Assembly: GCA_023259115.1 (NCBI GenBank)
Contig: JAHFQW010000001.1
Location: 81,937 to 145,936, forward strand
Source of the DNA: an archaeon
GTDB lineage: Archaea > Nanobdellota > Nanobdellia > Woesearchaeales > GW2011-AR9
Length of the DNA: 64,000 nt
Direction: 5' to 3'
The translations under genes and the position numbers were made by a program. The notes beneath the pieces are model-generated. The model was not told where the DNA came from and did no database searches. It was given only the letters and a program-made list of their open reading frames with translations. The first letter of the stretch is position 1. Each line of letters opens with the position of its first letter. Below are positions 39,198 to 47,116 of the stretch, piece after piece.

Positions 39198-40301
39198 ATG
39201 AAAGCAGTTGTTGTTGGTGCGGGTCCGGCGGGATTATATTTTGCGCTTAAGTTGAAGCAGCTAGAGCCTTGTGCTGAAATCAAAATAGTTGAAAAAGAGT
39301 TAAGAGCTAGTTCAAATGGGTTGGGGTATGTGTTGCAAAAACCTATTTTTGATTTATTGGGTGATATTGGTTCTTTTTCTGAGGAAGAATTTCTGGATAA
39401 ATGTACCGTTGGTTGGGATGTTGTGGATATTGAGGCCAAAAGTGTTGTATCAACGAGGAGGTTTCCTTATTCTGTGGGTATTAGACGTGGTTTGTTGGTT
39501 GATTATTTGCGTGATTTAGTGCAGCGTGCTGGTGTGGAAGTTGTGTATGGTTGTTCTCTTAATTCTGCAGATATTACCGCTTTTAAAAGAGATGCGGATG
39601 TGGTGGTGGGGGCGGATGGTTTACATAGCGTGGTGCGTTCTTTTTATTCTGAGGAATTTGGTGCTTCGGCAATTGAGAGTACGAATTCGTATATTTGGCT
39701 GGGTAAGACAAATCGAGAAGCACTGATGCGAGTGAGTGTACAGGAACATAAAGGAGTTGCGTTGGTTGGAACAACGTATCCGATAGGCAGGACACTGGAT
39801 ACGATGATTGTGGAGGCAAATACGCAAAAGTTGCGCAGTTCAGGAATGCTTTCTTTGGTTCAAACGGATGAGATGATTTCAACAAAAGGATTAAAAGATT
39901 TGGAATGGGGTTTTTTCACACTGTATTCTGGAGTGAATTTACAATCAATTCATTCCCATTGGAGTGCGGTTGTGGTGAATAGTTGTGAGAGATTGACGTT
40001 TGAAAATGTAGCGTTGATGGGGGAAGCAGGAATTTCTACGCATTATAGTGCGGGTGCAGGGCTGCTAGTGGCGTTTAAAGCGGCGGGGAGTTTGGCTGAG
40101 CAGTTAACATCAATTAGACATATTCCTAGTGCGTTAGGACACTATAATAGATTAATGTTGCCGTTTCTTCTAAGTGCTTCTGAGATGTCTTTACAGAGTA
40201 TGCGTTGGTTAGAACGGGTAGATTCTTTTTATGCGGATTTAGAGGGTGATGCTTTTATTCATGCATTTGGATTGAAAGGAAGAGAGGTTAGTTTATACTA
40301 A
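39198..40301 (+). CDS. FAD-dependent oxidoreductase (monooxygenase / geranylgeranyl-reductase-like)
   Basis: N-terminal Rossmann dinucleotide motif VVVGAGPAGLYFALKL...VEKE. ~367 aa. Confidence 0.55.
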   Translation: MKAVVVGAGPAGLYFALKLKQLEPCAEIKIVEKELRASSNGLGYVLQKPIFDLLGDIGSFSEEEFLDKCTVGWDVVDIEAKSVVSTRRFPYSVGIRRGLLVDYLRDLVQRAGVEVVYGCSLNSADITAFKRDADVVVGADGLHSVVRSFYSEEFGASAIESTNSYIWLGKTNREALMRVSVQEHKGVALVGTTYPIGRTLDTMIVEANTQKLRSSGMLSLVQTDEMISTKGLKDLEWGFFTLYSGVNLQSIHSHWSAVVVNSCERLTFENVALMGEAGISTHYSAGAGLLVAFKAAGSLAEQLTSIRHIPSALGHYNRLMLPFLLSASEMSLQSMRWLERVDSFYADLEGDAFIHAFGLKGREVSLY

Positions 40302-40329
40302 AAGTACGAAATATTCGTATATTTGGTTA

Positions 40330-40470
40330 TATAGTAATGGTGAATAGTTTTCGAATTCGAGTCACTCCGTTCGTGACTTTGCTAAAGCAAAGCTTTGTTC
40401 ACCATTACTAATAAGTAAATGTGTAGATTAATATTCGATTATTTTACACATTTACTATATTATTCAGTAT
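40330..40470 (+). terminator. Nested palindromic structure in intergenic region (AGTAATGGTGAA...TTCACCATTACT enclosing AGTCAC...GTGACT and TTTGCTAAAGCAAA. Then TAAATGTGTA...TACACATTTA)
   Basis: Multiple perfect inverted repeats read directly from sequence downstream of the FAD-oxidoreductase gene. Confidence 0.35.
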
Positions 40471-40474
40471 AGAA

Positions 40475-40855
40475 ATGATTATAAATCTGTTTTCTCTCTA
40501 TTTTTTTATGGTGGAAGAATATATTTGTCCTATTGATGGTTCATCGATGAGGTCTGAGAATTTAGGTGATGGGCATGAGAGTGATTTTGGGGCGGTGTGT
40601 GGAACATGTCAATTTGAATATTCTCGCCGTGCGCCTGGTGATCTTGAAGATCAGGCGAGGAGATATGTGTCTGGGGTAATTGATAAATATCAAGGTTTAA
40701 AATCACGAGCTCAAGGTTATTTGCAGCAACTTCGTGATGAGAAACCGGGCTTAGAGGCTAAGCTTGATTTGTTGAAGAAGTGTGCACAGGGTGAATTTTC
40801 TGAGCCATTGGCTTGTGTGATGAAATATGAGATTAAGATAAGCGAGAGATTGTAA
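40475..40855 (+). CDS. Small zinc-ribbon protein (hypothetical)
   Basis: CPIDG...CGTC cysteine pairs near the N-terminus. Likely start at the internal MVEEY. Confidence 0.35.
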   Translation: MIINLFSLYFFMVEEYICPIDGSSMRSENLGDGHESDFGAVCGTCQFEYSRRAPGDLEDQARRYVSGVIDKYQGLKSRAQGYLQQLRDEKPGLEAKLDLLKKCAQGEFSEPLACVMKYEIKISERL

Positions 40856-40931
40856 TCTTTTGTTTACTTCTCATTTTGTTTAAGATACTTCTTTACTAAA
40901 GAAAAGCATAAAAAGGTTAAGTGATTTTAGG

Positions 40932-41369
40932 TTGTTTATGGATAAAGCATTTTACAAGTTTTTGGATCATACGGCGGATGTGATGTTTGTGGCGAAAGCG
41001 GCAACGTTACCTGAATTGTTTGAGCAGTGTGCTCTGGCAACAGAAGAGACAATGGTGGATGTTGCGAAGGTGAAGCAGAAGGAGCAGACGAAAATTTTAA
41101 TTGAGGAGAAGACGGTGGAACAGCTGCTGTTTAGTTTTTTGGATGAGTTGGTGTTTTTTAAGGATTATAAACAGATGATGTTTAGTACATTTGAGATTCA
41201 GATTGGTGAGGTAAAAGAGGGCTATGAGTTGAAGTGTGTGGCGCATGGGGAGAAGCTGGATATGACAAGACATAATCCTAAAGTAGATGTGAAAGCAGTT
41301 ACTATGCATTTGTTTAAAGTGGAGCAGAGTAATGGGTTGTGGAAGGCGCAGGTGATTTTGGATATTTGA
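40932..41369 (+). CDS. Archease (RtcB tRNA-ligase cofactor family)
   Basis: FLDHTADVMF (archease EHTAD(I/V) signature). ~140 aa size. C-terminal conserved Lys/Asp block. Confidence 0.7.
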   Translation: MFMDKAFYKFLDHTADVMFVAKAATLPELFEQCALATEETMVDVAKVKQKEQTKILIEEKTVEQLLFSFLDELVFFKDYKQMMFSTFEIQIGEVKEGYELKCVAHGEKLDMTRHNPKVDVKAVTMHLFKVEQSNGLWKAQVILDI

Positions 41370-41389
41370 GAATATTTATATAGCTTGTT

Positions 41390-42253
41390 TTGTTTCTTGC
41401 TCTTATGAGAAGAGGATGTTTATGGTTACTGGGGTTATTGCTGTTTATAGTGGGATGTAGTTCTATTCATAATTATTTGAATAGTTCTCTTGATAAAAAT
41501 ACTTTTGTTGTGAATGATTCAGTGGCAAGTTCTGTAATTTCTGCGGGTGATGTTTCTACGAGGAATGTTTCGGTTAATGAAACGCAGATTACTACGCAGA
41601 TTACTATTAAAGAGAGTATAGATAATTCTGTGGGTTATAATACATTTTGTACAGAATTATCTAATAAGACAATTCTGAATAGTTGTCATATAAGTAACAG
41701 AATTGTCTATAATATTACTGTTTGTTCTGCGCAATGGGTTTGTTTGAACTCAAAGACGAAAATATATAGGGTACAAAATTGTAGTTTTACGCAACGAGTG
41801 GATTGCAAGTTTGGGTGTAAGAATGATTCTTGTGCGATTGCACCAGTATGCAAGGCGGGGTGGAATTGTGATGGAAACTATTATCGTGGGTATCGAATGG
41901 AGAGTTGTGAATTTATAAAGAGGGAAAAATGTGAGTTTGGTTGTAGAGAGGGTGATTGTTCGGTTGAGGTTGTTGAAAATACATCAACAATTATTGTTAA
42001 AACGGGAGTGGAGGAGGCAAGGCCGGCGTTGGCAACGCTTAATTCTGGTGATATGGTCTTGTTGAAGAATCATAATGTGACTATTTATACGATGACGGAT
42101 GAACAAGTAATTCTGATTATCGATGGGAGGAAAAGCAATCTACTCAAGGAAGGTGAGAGTGTTACGCGTGATGATTTGACGATTGTGGTGGAAGAGATTT
42201 TATTTCAAGCGTATGGGGAAGGAAAGAAGATGATTAGTTATACGGTTACATGA
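41390..42253 (+). CDS. Secreted Cys-rich protein carrying the 97-nt in-frame repeat element
   Basis: N-terminal hydrophobic signal/lipobox-like segment (LWLLGLLLFIVGCSS). More than 20 Cys. Contains IDNSVGYNTFCTELSNKTILNSCHISNRIVYN encoded by the repeat at 41617-41713. Confidence 0.5.
   Translation: MFLALMRRGCLWLLGLLLFIVGCSSIHNYLNSSLDKNTFVVNDSVASSVISAGDVSTRNVSVNETQITTQITIKESIDNSVGYNTFCTELSNKTILNSCHISNRIVYNITVCSAQWVCLNSKTKIYRVQNCSFTQRVDCKFGCKNDSCAIAPVCKAGWNCDGNYYRGYRMESCEFIKREKCEFGCREGDCSVEVVENTSTIIVKTGVEEARPALATLNSGDMVLLKNHNVTIYTMTDEQVILIIDGRKSNLLKEGESVTRDDLTIVVEEILFQAYGEGKKMISYTVT
41617..41713 (+). mobile_element. 97-nt AT-rich palindromic repeat element, copy A (in frame inside 41390..42253)
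   Basis: Over 95% nucleotide identity with 48623-48719 and 57203-57299 while flanks are unrelated. Internal inverted repeats CAGAATT/AATTCTG and GACAATTCTG/CAGAATTGTC. GC far below the host gene. Confidence 0.6.
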
Positions 42254-42268
42254 TTTTTTGAGGAAGTT

Positions 42269-42814
42269 ATGGCAGATACACTTTTTTCATTGGCGGAAGG
42301 AATTAGACGTTGTACGGCGTGTCCTCTTTATAAGAATAGAACACTGGCAGTGCCAGGTGAAGGAGGAGTTGGTGCGCGCTTGATGTTGATTGGGGAAGCG
42401 CCGGGAGCGCAAGAAGATCGAGTGGGGTTGCCGTTTGTGGGTAGATCGGGGAAGTTTTTGGATTTGATGCTGCAGAAAATTGGTTTGTTGCGCAATGAGG
42501 TATTTGTGACGGGGGCGTGTAAGTGCAGACCGCTTGATAATAGGATGCCGATGCACAAAGAGCTTGTGATGTGTCGGGAGTTGTGGCTGAACAAGCAAAT
42601 TGAGCTTGTGAGTGCAAGAGTTGTGGTATTGCTTGGTGGAGCGGCGTTATGGTCGGTGCTGGGTGAGAAAGATGTGAAGAAGTGGCATGGACGGGTGGTT
42701 GTGCGAGATGCTCGGATGTATTTTGTGACGTATCATCCGGCAGCGGGGATGAGATTTCCAGCGATTAGAAAGATTATGGAGAGAGATTTTGAAAAGTTGA
42801 AGAAGATGGTGTGA
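42269..42814 (+). CDS. Uracil-DNA glycosylase, family 4 (Fe-S UDG)
   Basis: CTACPLY...VPGEG...MLIGEAPGAQED...PFVGRSGKFL are the family 4 UDG motifs. Confidence 0.8.
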   Translation: MADTLFSLAEGIRRCTACPLYKNRTLAVPGEGGVGARLMLIGEAPGAQEDRVGLPFVGRSGKFLDLMLQKIGLLRNEVFVTGACKCRPLDNRMPMHKELVMCRELWLNKQIELVSARVVVLLGGAALWSVLGEKDVKKWHGRVVVRDARMYFVTYHPAAGMRFPAIRKIMERDFEKLKKMV

Positions 42815-42867
42815 TAGAGATATTCTAATCTCATAAATTTAATAAAGTATTCCGAGGTTTTAAGAGT

Positions 42868-43365
42868 ATGGTTTCAAGAAGCTCGGGTTTAGTTCAATAT
42901 TCTGGCGATTTTCATCATTTAGTACTGCGTGATCTTGAGAGATTTTATGAGTTATCTCATTTTTCTTCAGGTAGTTCTAGGTTGGAAGATTATAAAGGGT
43001 CTCAATTCATGTCCGCCTCTTTTTTATTTCATCATCCCTCACATGGTTTCTTCAAGTCGGGTAGTACTTCTGATTTTAATTCAAATCTTGAAGATGTATT
43101 GGGATTGTTTTCTTCTTATTTTAATGCGCATGGAAATACAGAGAAGATATTGGGGGATTATGGTGCTCTTTCTCTTTTAAAATTATTACCTACTGTATCA
43201 CAGAGCTTAAATCTTACTTTAGATGAAAAGATGGAGATGTATGTTAAACGGTTTGATGATAATATGATTCAGTTTGCTTCGTTTGGTTTAGAATATACCC
43301 CTAAGCTAAATGTAGCAAAAGGGACAAGAGGGATATTATATGGACAGATTACTCTGTTTGGATAA
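42868..43365 (+). CDS. Hypothetical protein
   Basis: ORF only. Confidence 0.3.
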   Translation: MVSRSSGLVQYSGDFHHLVLRDLERFYELSHFSSGSSRLEDYKGSQFMSASFLFHHPSHGFFKSGSTSDFNSNLEDVLGLFSSYFNAHGNTEKILGDYGALSLLKLLPTVSQSLNLTLDEKMEMYVKRFDDNMIQFASFGLEYTPKLNVAKGTRGILYGQITLFG

Positions 43366-43435
43366 TTACTGTTGTATCTATATCTCTTCTTTATATCTTT
43401 CTTCTTTAAATGTGTGTGAAATCTATGTGTTAAAG

Positions 43436-43487
43436 TATAGATAATTCTGCAGATTAGATTACATTTGGCAGAATTATCTAATATAAC
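43436..43487 (+). repeat. Intergenic hairpin repeat, same family
   Basis: TATAGATAATTCTGC-agattagattacatttg-GCAGAATTATCTAATATAAC. Flanks and loop are conserved. Stem hexamer is changed with compensating change relative to the 28051 copy. Confidence 0.55.
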
Positions 43488-43594
43488 GAAGGACACAAAT
43501 AATCAATAAAATAGTTGTGTCCTTCGAATATAGTAAGTGATATTTGTATAAATATTTAGGTCACTTACTATAAGTAAATTCTGTCGATAATGAT

Positions 43595-43642
43595 TATCAA
43601 ATATAATACCAAAAATTAGCATAATTAACAGAATTTACTATA
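43595..43642 (+). repeat. Module-2 repeat (TATCAAATATAATACCAAAAATTAGCATAATTAACAGAATTTACTATA)
   Basis: ~90% identical to 63694-63740. Abuts the stop of the 43625..44548 minus-strand gene. Confidence 0.5.
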
Positions 43643-44548
43643 ATTTCCTGCTCTGTCAAATACGTAATGTTTTAGATCAATCCATTGTTTTAATGCGGTA
43701 TATATCTCTTTTTGGTGTTGTGTTTTGAGATGAGATAGTCCCTCTTGGTATAGTTTTTCTGCTTTTTTTTCAAGGGTTATCATTATTTCCTGTCTGGTTT
43801 TTGGTGTGTTTCCTTGTTCTTTTATTTTCAATACGGGGTACGTAGGGGTATTATTTTTAAGATCTTCATTGAGGTCTATCATGTCATCAAGTAATTTTAA
43901 GTAGCCGCCGAGATTATAGATGGCATGGATGGTGTTCTTATCGTTGGATTTCTGAGAATATTGTGCGATTACTGCAGGAATTAAGAAGCAGCATCCACCC
44001 ACTTCTATGGCATGATCTATTGATTGTTCTAAATCAGTATTTTTACTTTCTTCAATAATGGCAATTACTGTTCTTTCATATATCTCTTTTAGAGAGGGGA
44101 GAGATTGGTTTTTATGATATTGTTGGTAGGAGTATTCTGCTTGGCTTAGAACGATTTTTCTCTCGATGTCAGTTGTGGTTTTTGTTCTTCCTTCAAACAT
44201 GACATCCATGATACTTTCTAAGAATTGCTGGGATTCTTTTGGCGTCATTTTTTCTTGGTCGATGATGTTATCTGCACGATCGTTGAGAGTGGCGTAGAGG
44301 ATGTTTCTTTTGATGATTTCTGTGGATTGTTTTTTTTGAGGTGCTTGTGAATGGAGAAGTTCATATATTTTTACACCCAGAACGCCGGTAAATTGAAATG
44401 CGAGGGTGCTTTTGCTTTTCTGAAAGTGTTGGCCTAACGCATCAGCGGGGTATTGTTGGTTGAGAAATTTTGTTTGTTCTTCTATGAATTCGTGTACTAT
44501 TTTTTTTGCGCAGAGGGCTTCAAGTCCAAGGGAGAGGAATTGGTTCAT
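43625..44548 (-). CDS. Hypothetical protein (possible all-helical isoprenoid-synthase-like fold)
   Basis: ORF with an Asp-rich DDMIDLNED segment reminiscent of DDxxD motifs. Weak. Confidence 0.3.
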   Translation of the reverse strand: MNQFLSLGLEALCAKKIVHEFIEEQTKFLNQQYPADALGQHFQKSKSTLAFQFTGVLGVKIYELLHSQAPQKKQSTEIIKRNILYATLNDRADNIIDQEKMTPKESQQFLESIMDVMFEGRTKTTTDIERKIVLSQAEYSYQQYHKNQSLPSLKEIYERTVIAIIEESKNTDLEQSIDHAIEVGGCCFLIPAVIAQYSQKSNDKNTIHAIYNLGGYLKLLDDMIDLNEDLKNNTPTYPVLKIKEQGNTPKTRQEIMITLEKKAEKLYQEGLSHLKTQHQKEIYTALKQWIDLKHYVFDRAGNYSKFC

Positions 44549-44994
44549 GTTTTTTCTTTTCGATTATTAGAGGTATATTTTGGAGCATATTTTTCAAATG
44601 TTTCTTTGCTGCCAAGATAGAGGATGATATATTCTCCAGCACCGATGAAGTAGGCTTTTTTTTCTGTTGGTAGAGGGGTTATGCCTAGATTTATCCTATT
44701 TTGGTTATCTAATTTTAATTCTCTTAGTCCATGGATTTGTTGTAATTTTTCAAGTGTTTGTTCTAGGTCGAATTTTTGATCTAGAGGTGAGGGAATATGT
44801 TCCCATTGGTGTTTGATGTATTGTTCAGGGTAGATGAAATAGAGGGGTGTATTGTTTTCTAGATGATTCTCTGGTTTCTGTTCCTGAAGATAGATTTTTT
44901 CTGGCTGGATTTGTTTACAGATTTCTGCGGGAAGATAACATCTACATTTATGATCTAGAGATACTTCGTGTCGATTGGTAAAGCGCAGGGACAT
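44545..44994 (-). CDS. Hypothetical protein
   Basis: ORF overlapping upstream gene by 4 nt. Confidence 0.3.
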   Translation of the reverse strand: MSLRFTNRHEVSLDHKCRCYLPAEICKQIQPEKIYLQEQKPENHLENNTPLYFIYPEQYIKHQWEHIPSPLDQKFDLEQTLEKLQQIHGLRELKLDNQNRINLGITPLPTEKKAYFIGAGEYIILYLGSKETFEKYAPKYTSNNRKEKT

Positions 44995-45123
44995 GTGGTT
45001 TTCTTTGATTTATAGTAATTGTGAATAATTTTTGTATATTTGCTATACTTTCTTTTAGTATTTTAACATTTCTTAGTATTCTAACACTTAGAAACCATAA
45101 CTTCTTTTTTGACTAATAAAAAG

Positions 45124-45221
45124 TAGCGGGGGGTGGACTTTCAGAGTTCTTGTGAACTTATTTGAACCACCGACCTATGGGTTATGAGCCCATCGGGCAC
45201 TCCGAGCTACCCTACCCCGCT
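45124..45221 (-). tRNA. Initiator tRNA-Met (anticodon CAT) with a 23-nt insertion immediately after the T-loop
   Basis: Hand-folded on the minus strand: AGCGGGG-TA-GGGT-AGCTCGGAGT-GCCC-G-ATGGG-CTCATAA-CCCAT-AGGTC-GGTGG-TTCAAAT-[AAGTTCACAAGAACTCTGAAAGT]-CCACC-CCCCGCT-A. A1:U72 and three G:C pairs at 29-31:39-41 are initiator hallmarks. Perfect acceptor, anticodon and T stems. Confidence 0.65.
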
Positions 45222-45341
45222 ATATATCTTAGAAAAGAGGAGTGTTTTAAAAAGGTTTGGTTTGGATTTGGTATAATTTTTGGTGGAAGATTTGCTTTTA
45301 TGAGGTTAATATTTATAAATAATCTATCATTCTGATGATGT

Positions 45342-45986
45342 ATGGTAACACCATATACTTTTACATTACGTGAACAATTGAATGCGCTCAATGGTTTAGA
45401 ACAGCAGGTTGGCTCGCTTTTTGTGGATAATCCATTTTTTACTAAAGCGGATAATAAATTTTCCTCTGCCTCTGAGGCTGTTCTTATGACTTTTCTTCAA
45501 CATAATCCATTAGTATATGCGGTGGCAAAAGGAGAAGAATCGTATGTTCGCAAGATTCAACCCATTTGTGAGCGATATGATTCTGTGTGGAAAAGAGTTA
45601 GGCTATCTGTGAAAGATGAGGCGTTTGATACCTATGTTGATGAGATATTAGGTTCGATGAATTCGGTTGGGGAAGTATCTATGCCTGTGGATAATTTTAA
45701 ACTAACTTCGCGGCGTGAGGAGTTTCTTCAACTTAATAAATCGTCTGGAGTGATGGGACTTATGATGGGATCACTATTTGGTGCGCCGCCGTATTTTTCA
45801 GAAATTACGTATGGTAAGCTTTTGGGTGTAGGCATATTTTCACTGAGTGTTTTGGGTTTTCCTGGCTTGATTAATGGTATTCAATCTGGAAAAACTCATT
45901 CTTTTGTAAAAGAGTTATATCTGGATGCTGAAAAGACGGATACGTTTTTGCGTGAGACTTATATTAAACATAGTGGACAGAAATAA
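45342..45986 (+). CDS. Hypothetical protein
   Basis: ORF only. Confidence 0.3.
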   Translation: MVTPYTFTLREQLNALNGLEQQVGSLFVDNPFFTKADNKFSSASEAVLMTFLQHNPLVYAVAKGEESYVRKIQPICERYDSVWKRVRLSVKDEAFDTYVDEILGSMNSVGEVSMPVDNFKLTSRREEFLQLNKSSGVMGLMMGSLFGAPPYFSEITYGKLLGVGIFSLSVLGFPGLINGIQSGKTHSFVKELYLDAEKTDTFLRETYIKHSGQK

Positions 45987-46056
45987 AAATATTTTTTTTC
46001 TTTATTTTTCTATATAATATTCTATATAATATGTAACAGTTTTTTAGAGTATTCTC

Positions 46057-46971
46057 TTATGAATTTTCATTGGCGGGATAAATGACTTCACCATTATATG
46101 TTCCACCGATACTTTTGGTTTTTTGGTCTTTCTGGGTGTTTTCTGCTACTGGTCCACAATCGGGATTGAGGGGAGCTGATATGAACGTATTTTTTTCGAA
46201 CATTGGTTTGGCGTTGAATTCGCAGTTGAGGCTGAGTTGTGCGTCATGAATGTTGTTGTTTTTGATGAAATTGTTGCTTTGGGTTTTAATGCCAATGGCT
46301 TGATGCCAGCAGTGATCGATTTCGTTGTGTTCGATGAGATTTCCTGCAGAGAAAATGTCGATGCAACTCCAGAGGGAGTGATGGATGTGGCTTTGACGAA
46401 TGATGATATTTCCTCCCTCAATGTCATTTTGGAGGTTGATGCCGTTATGAGCATAGGAGAGTTCGATATTTTCAAGAATGCTGTCTTTGTATAATACTAA
46501 TTCATCCCAATCAGCGTATTCTGGTTGTTTTTGTGCTGAGGTGAAGAGGATTGGTTGTTGAGTTGTGCCGTGGGCGATGATTTTGGCGGTGAGGTCGAAG
46601 TGAGTTGTGGCGTAGTTCTCTTTGCCGGTGGGGTCGTTATGATTTTTGATGAAGTCGTCGGCGGAGTTTGACCAAGGAATTTCTTTGGTTACTTTGTTTT
46701 CATTGGTGTTTTTATTGATATTTTCATCAGGGATTTTTTCAAAGAGAATTGTTGTACCGGGTTCAATGTAGAGTGTGGTCCAAGGTAAAAAGAGGGTGTC
46801 TTTGGTTATGGTGATGGTGCCAGACCATTGGTGAGGGAGGAAGTAGGTGCCGCCGATAGTTATGTCTTTATCTTGCAGAATGATTTTTTGTGATAGATAG
46901 TATAGGGTGATGAGTGCGATTATGCTGATGACTATTACTAATTTGATGAATGCTTTTTTTGATTTGAACAT
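46057..46971 (-). CDS. Membrane-anchored/secreted right-handed beta-helix repeat protein (pectate-lyase-like fold)
   Basis: N-terminal TM/signal anchor (LVIVISIIALITLYYL). Repeated short N-x-I-x-D/H-rich segments (NNIHDAQ, HNEIDHCWHQAIGI, IRQSHIHHSLWSCIDIF) typical of parallel beta-helix repeats. Confidence 0.45.
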   Translation of the reverse strand: MFKSKKAFIKLVIVISIIALITLYYLSQKIILQDKDITIGGTYFLPHQWSGTITITKDTLFLPWTTLYIEPGTTILFEKIPDENINKNTNENKVTKEIPWSNSADDFIKNHNDPTGKENYATTHFDLTAKIIAHGTTQQPILFTSAQKQPEYADWDELVLYKDSILENIELSYAHNGINLQNDIEGGNIIIRQSHIHHSLWSCIDIFSAGNLIEHNEIDHCWHQAIGIKTQSNNFIKNNNIHDAQLSLNCEFNAKPMFEKNTFISAPLNPDCGPVAENTQKDQKTKSIGGTYNGEVIYPANENS

Positions 46972-47116
46972 TTCTTTGTTATATTCTTCTCATTTAAATA
47001 TATAATTATCTTACTACTCAGAGGTTAAGTGAAGAGGGTGTTGGTTTAGGCGGCGGCTTTTTCTACAGGGATGTCTAAGAATAACATTTATATAGGTTGG
47101 TTTGTTTTTATGATGT

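Noticed and set aside
43625-44548. Calling this protein a polyprenyl/terpene synthase
   Set aside because: Only a single Asp-rich segment (DDMIDLNED) is present and canonical paired DDxxD motifs were not found. Left as hypothetical.
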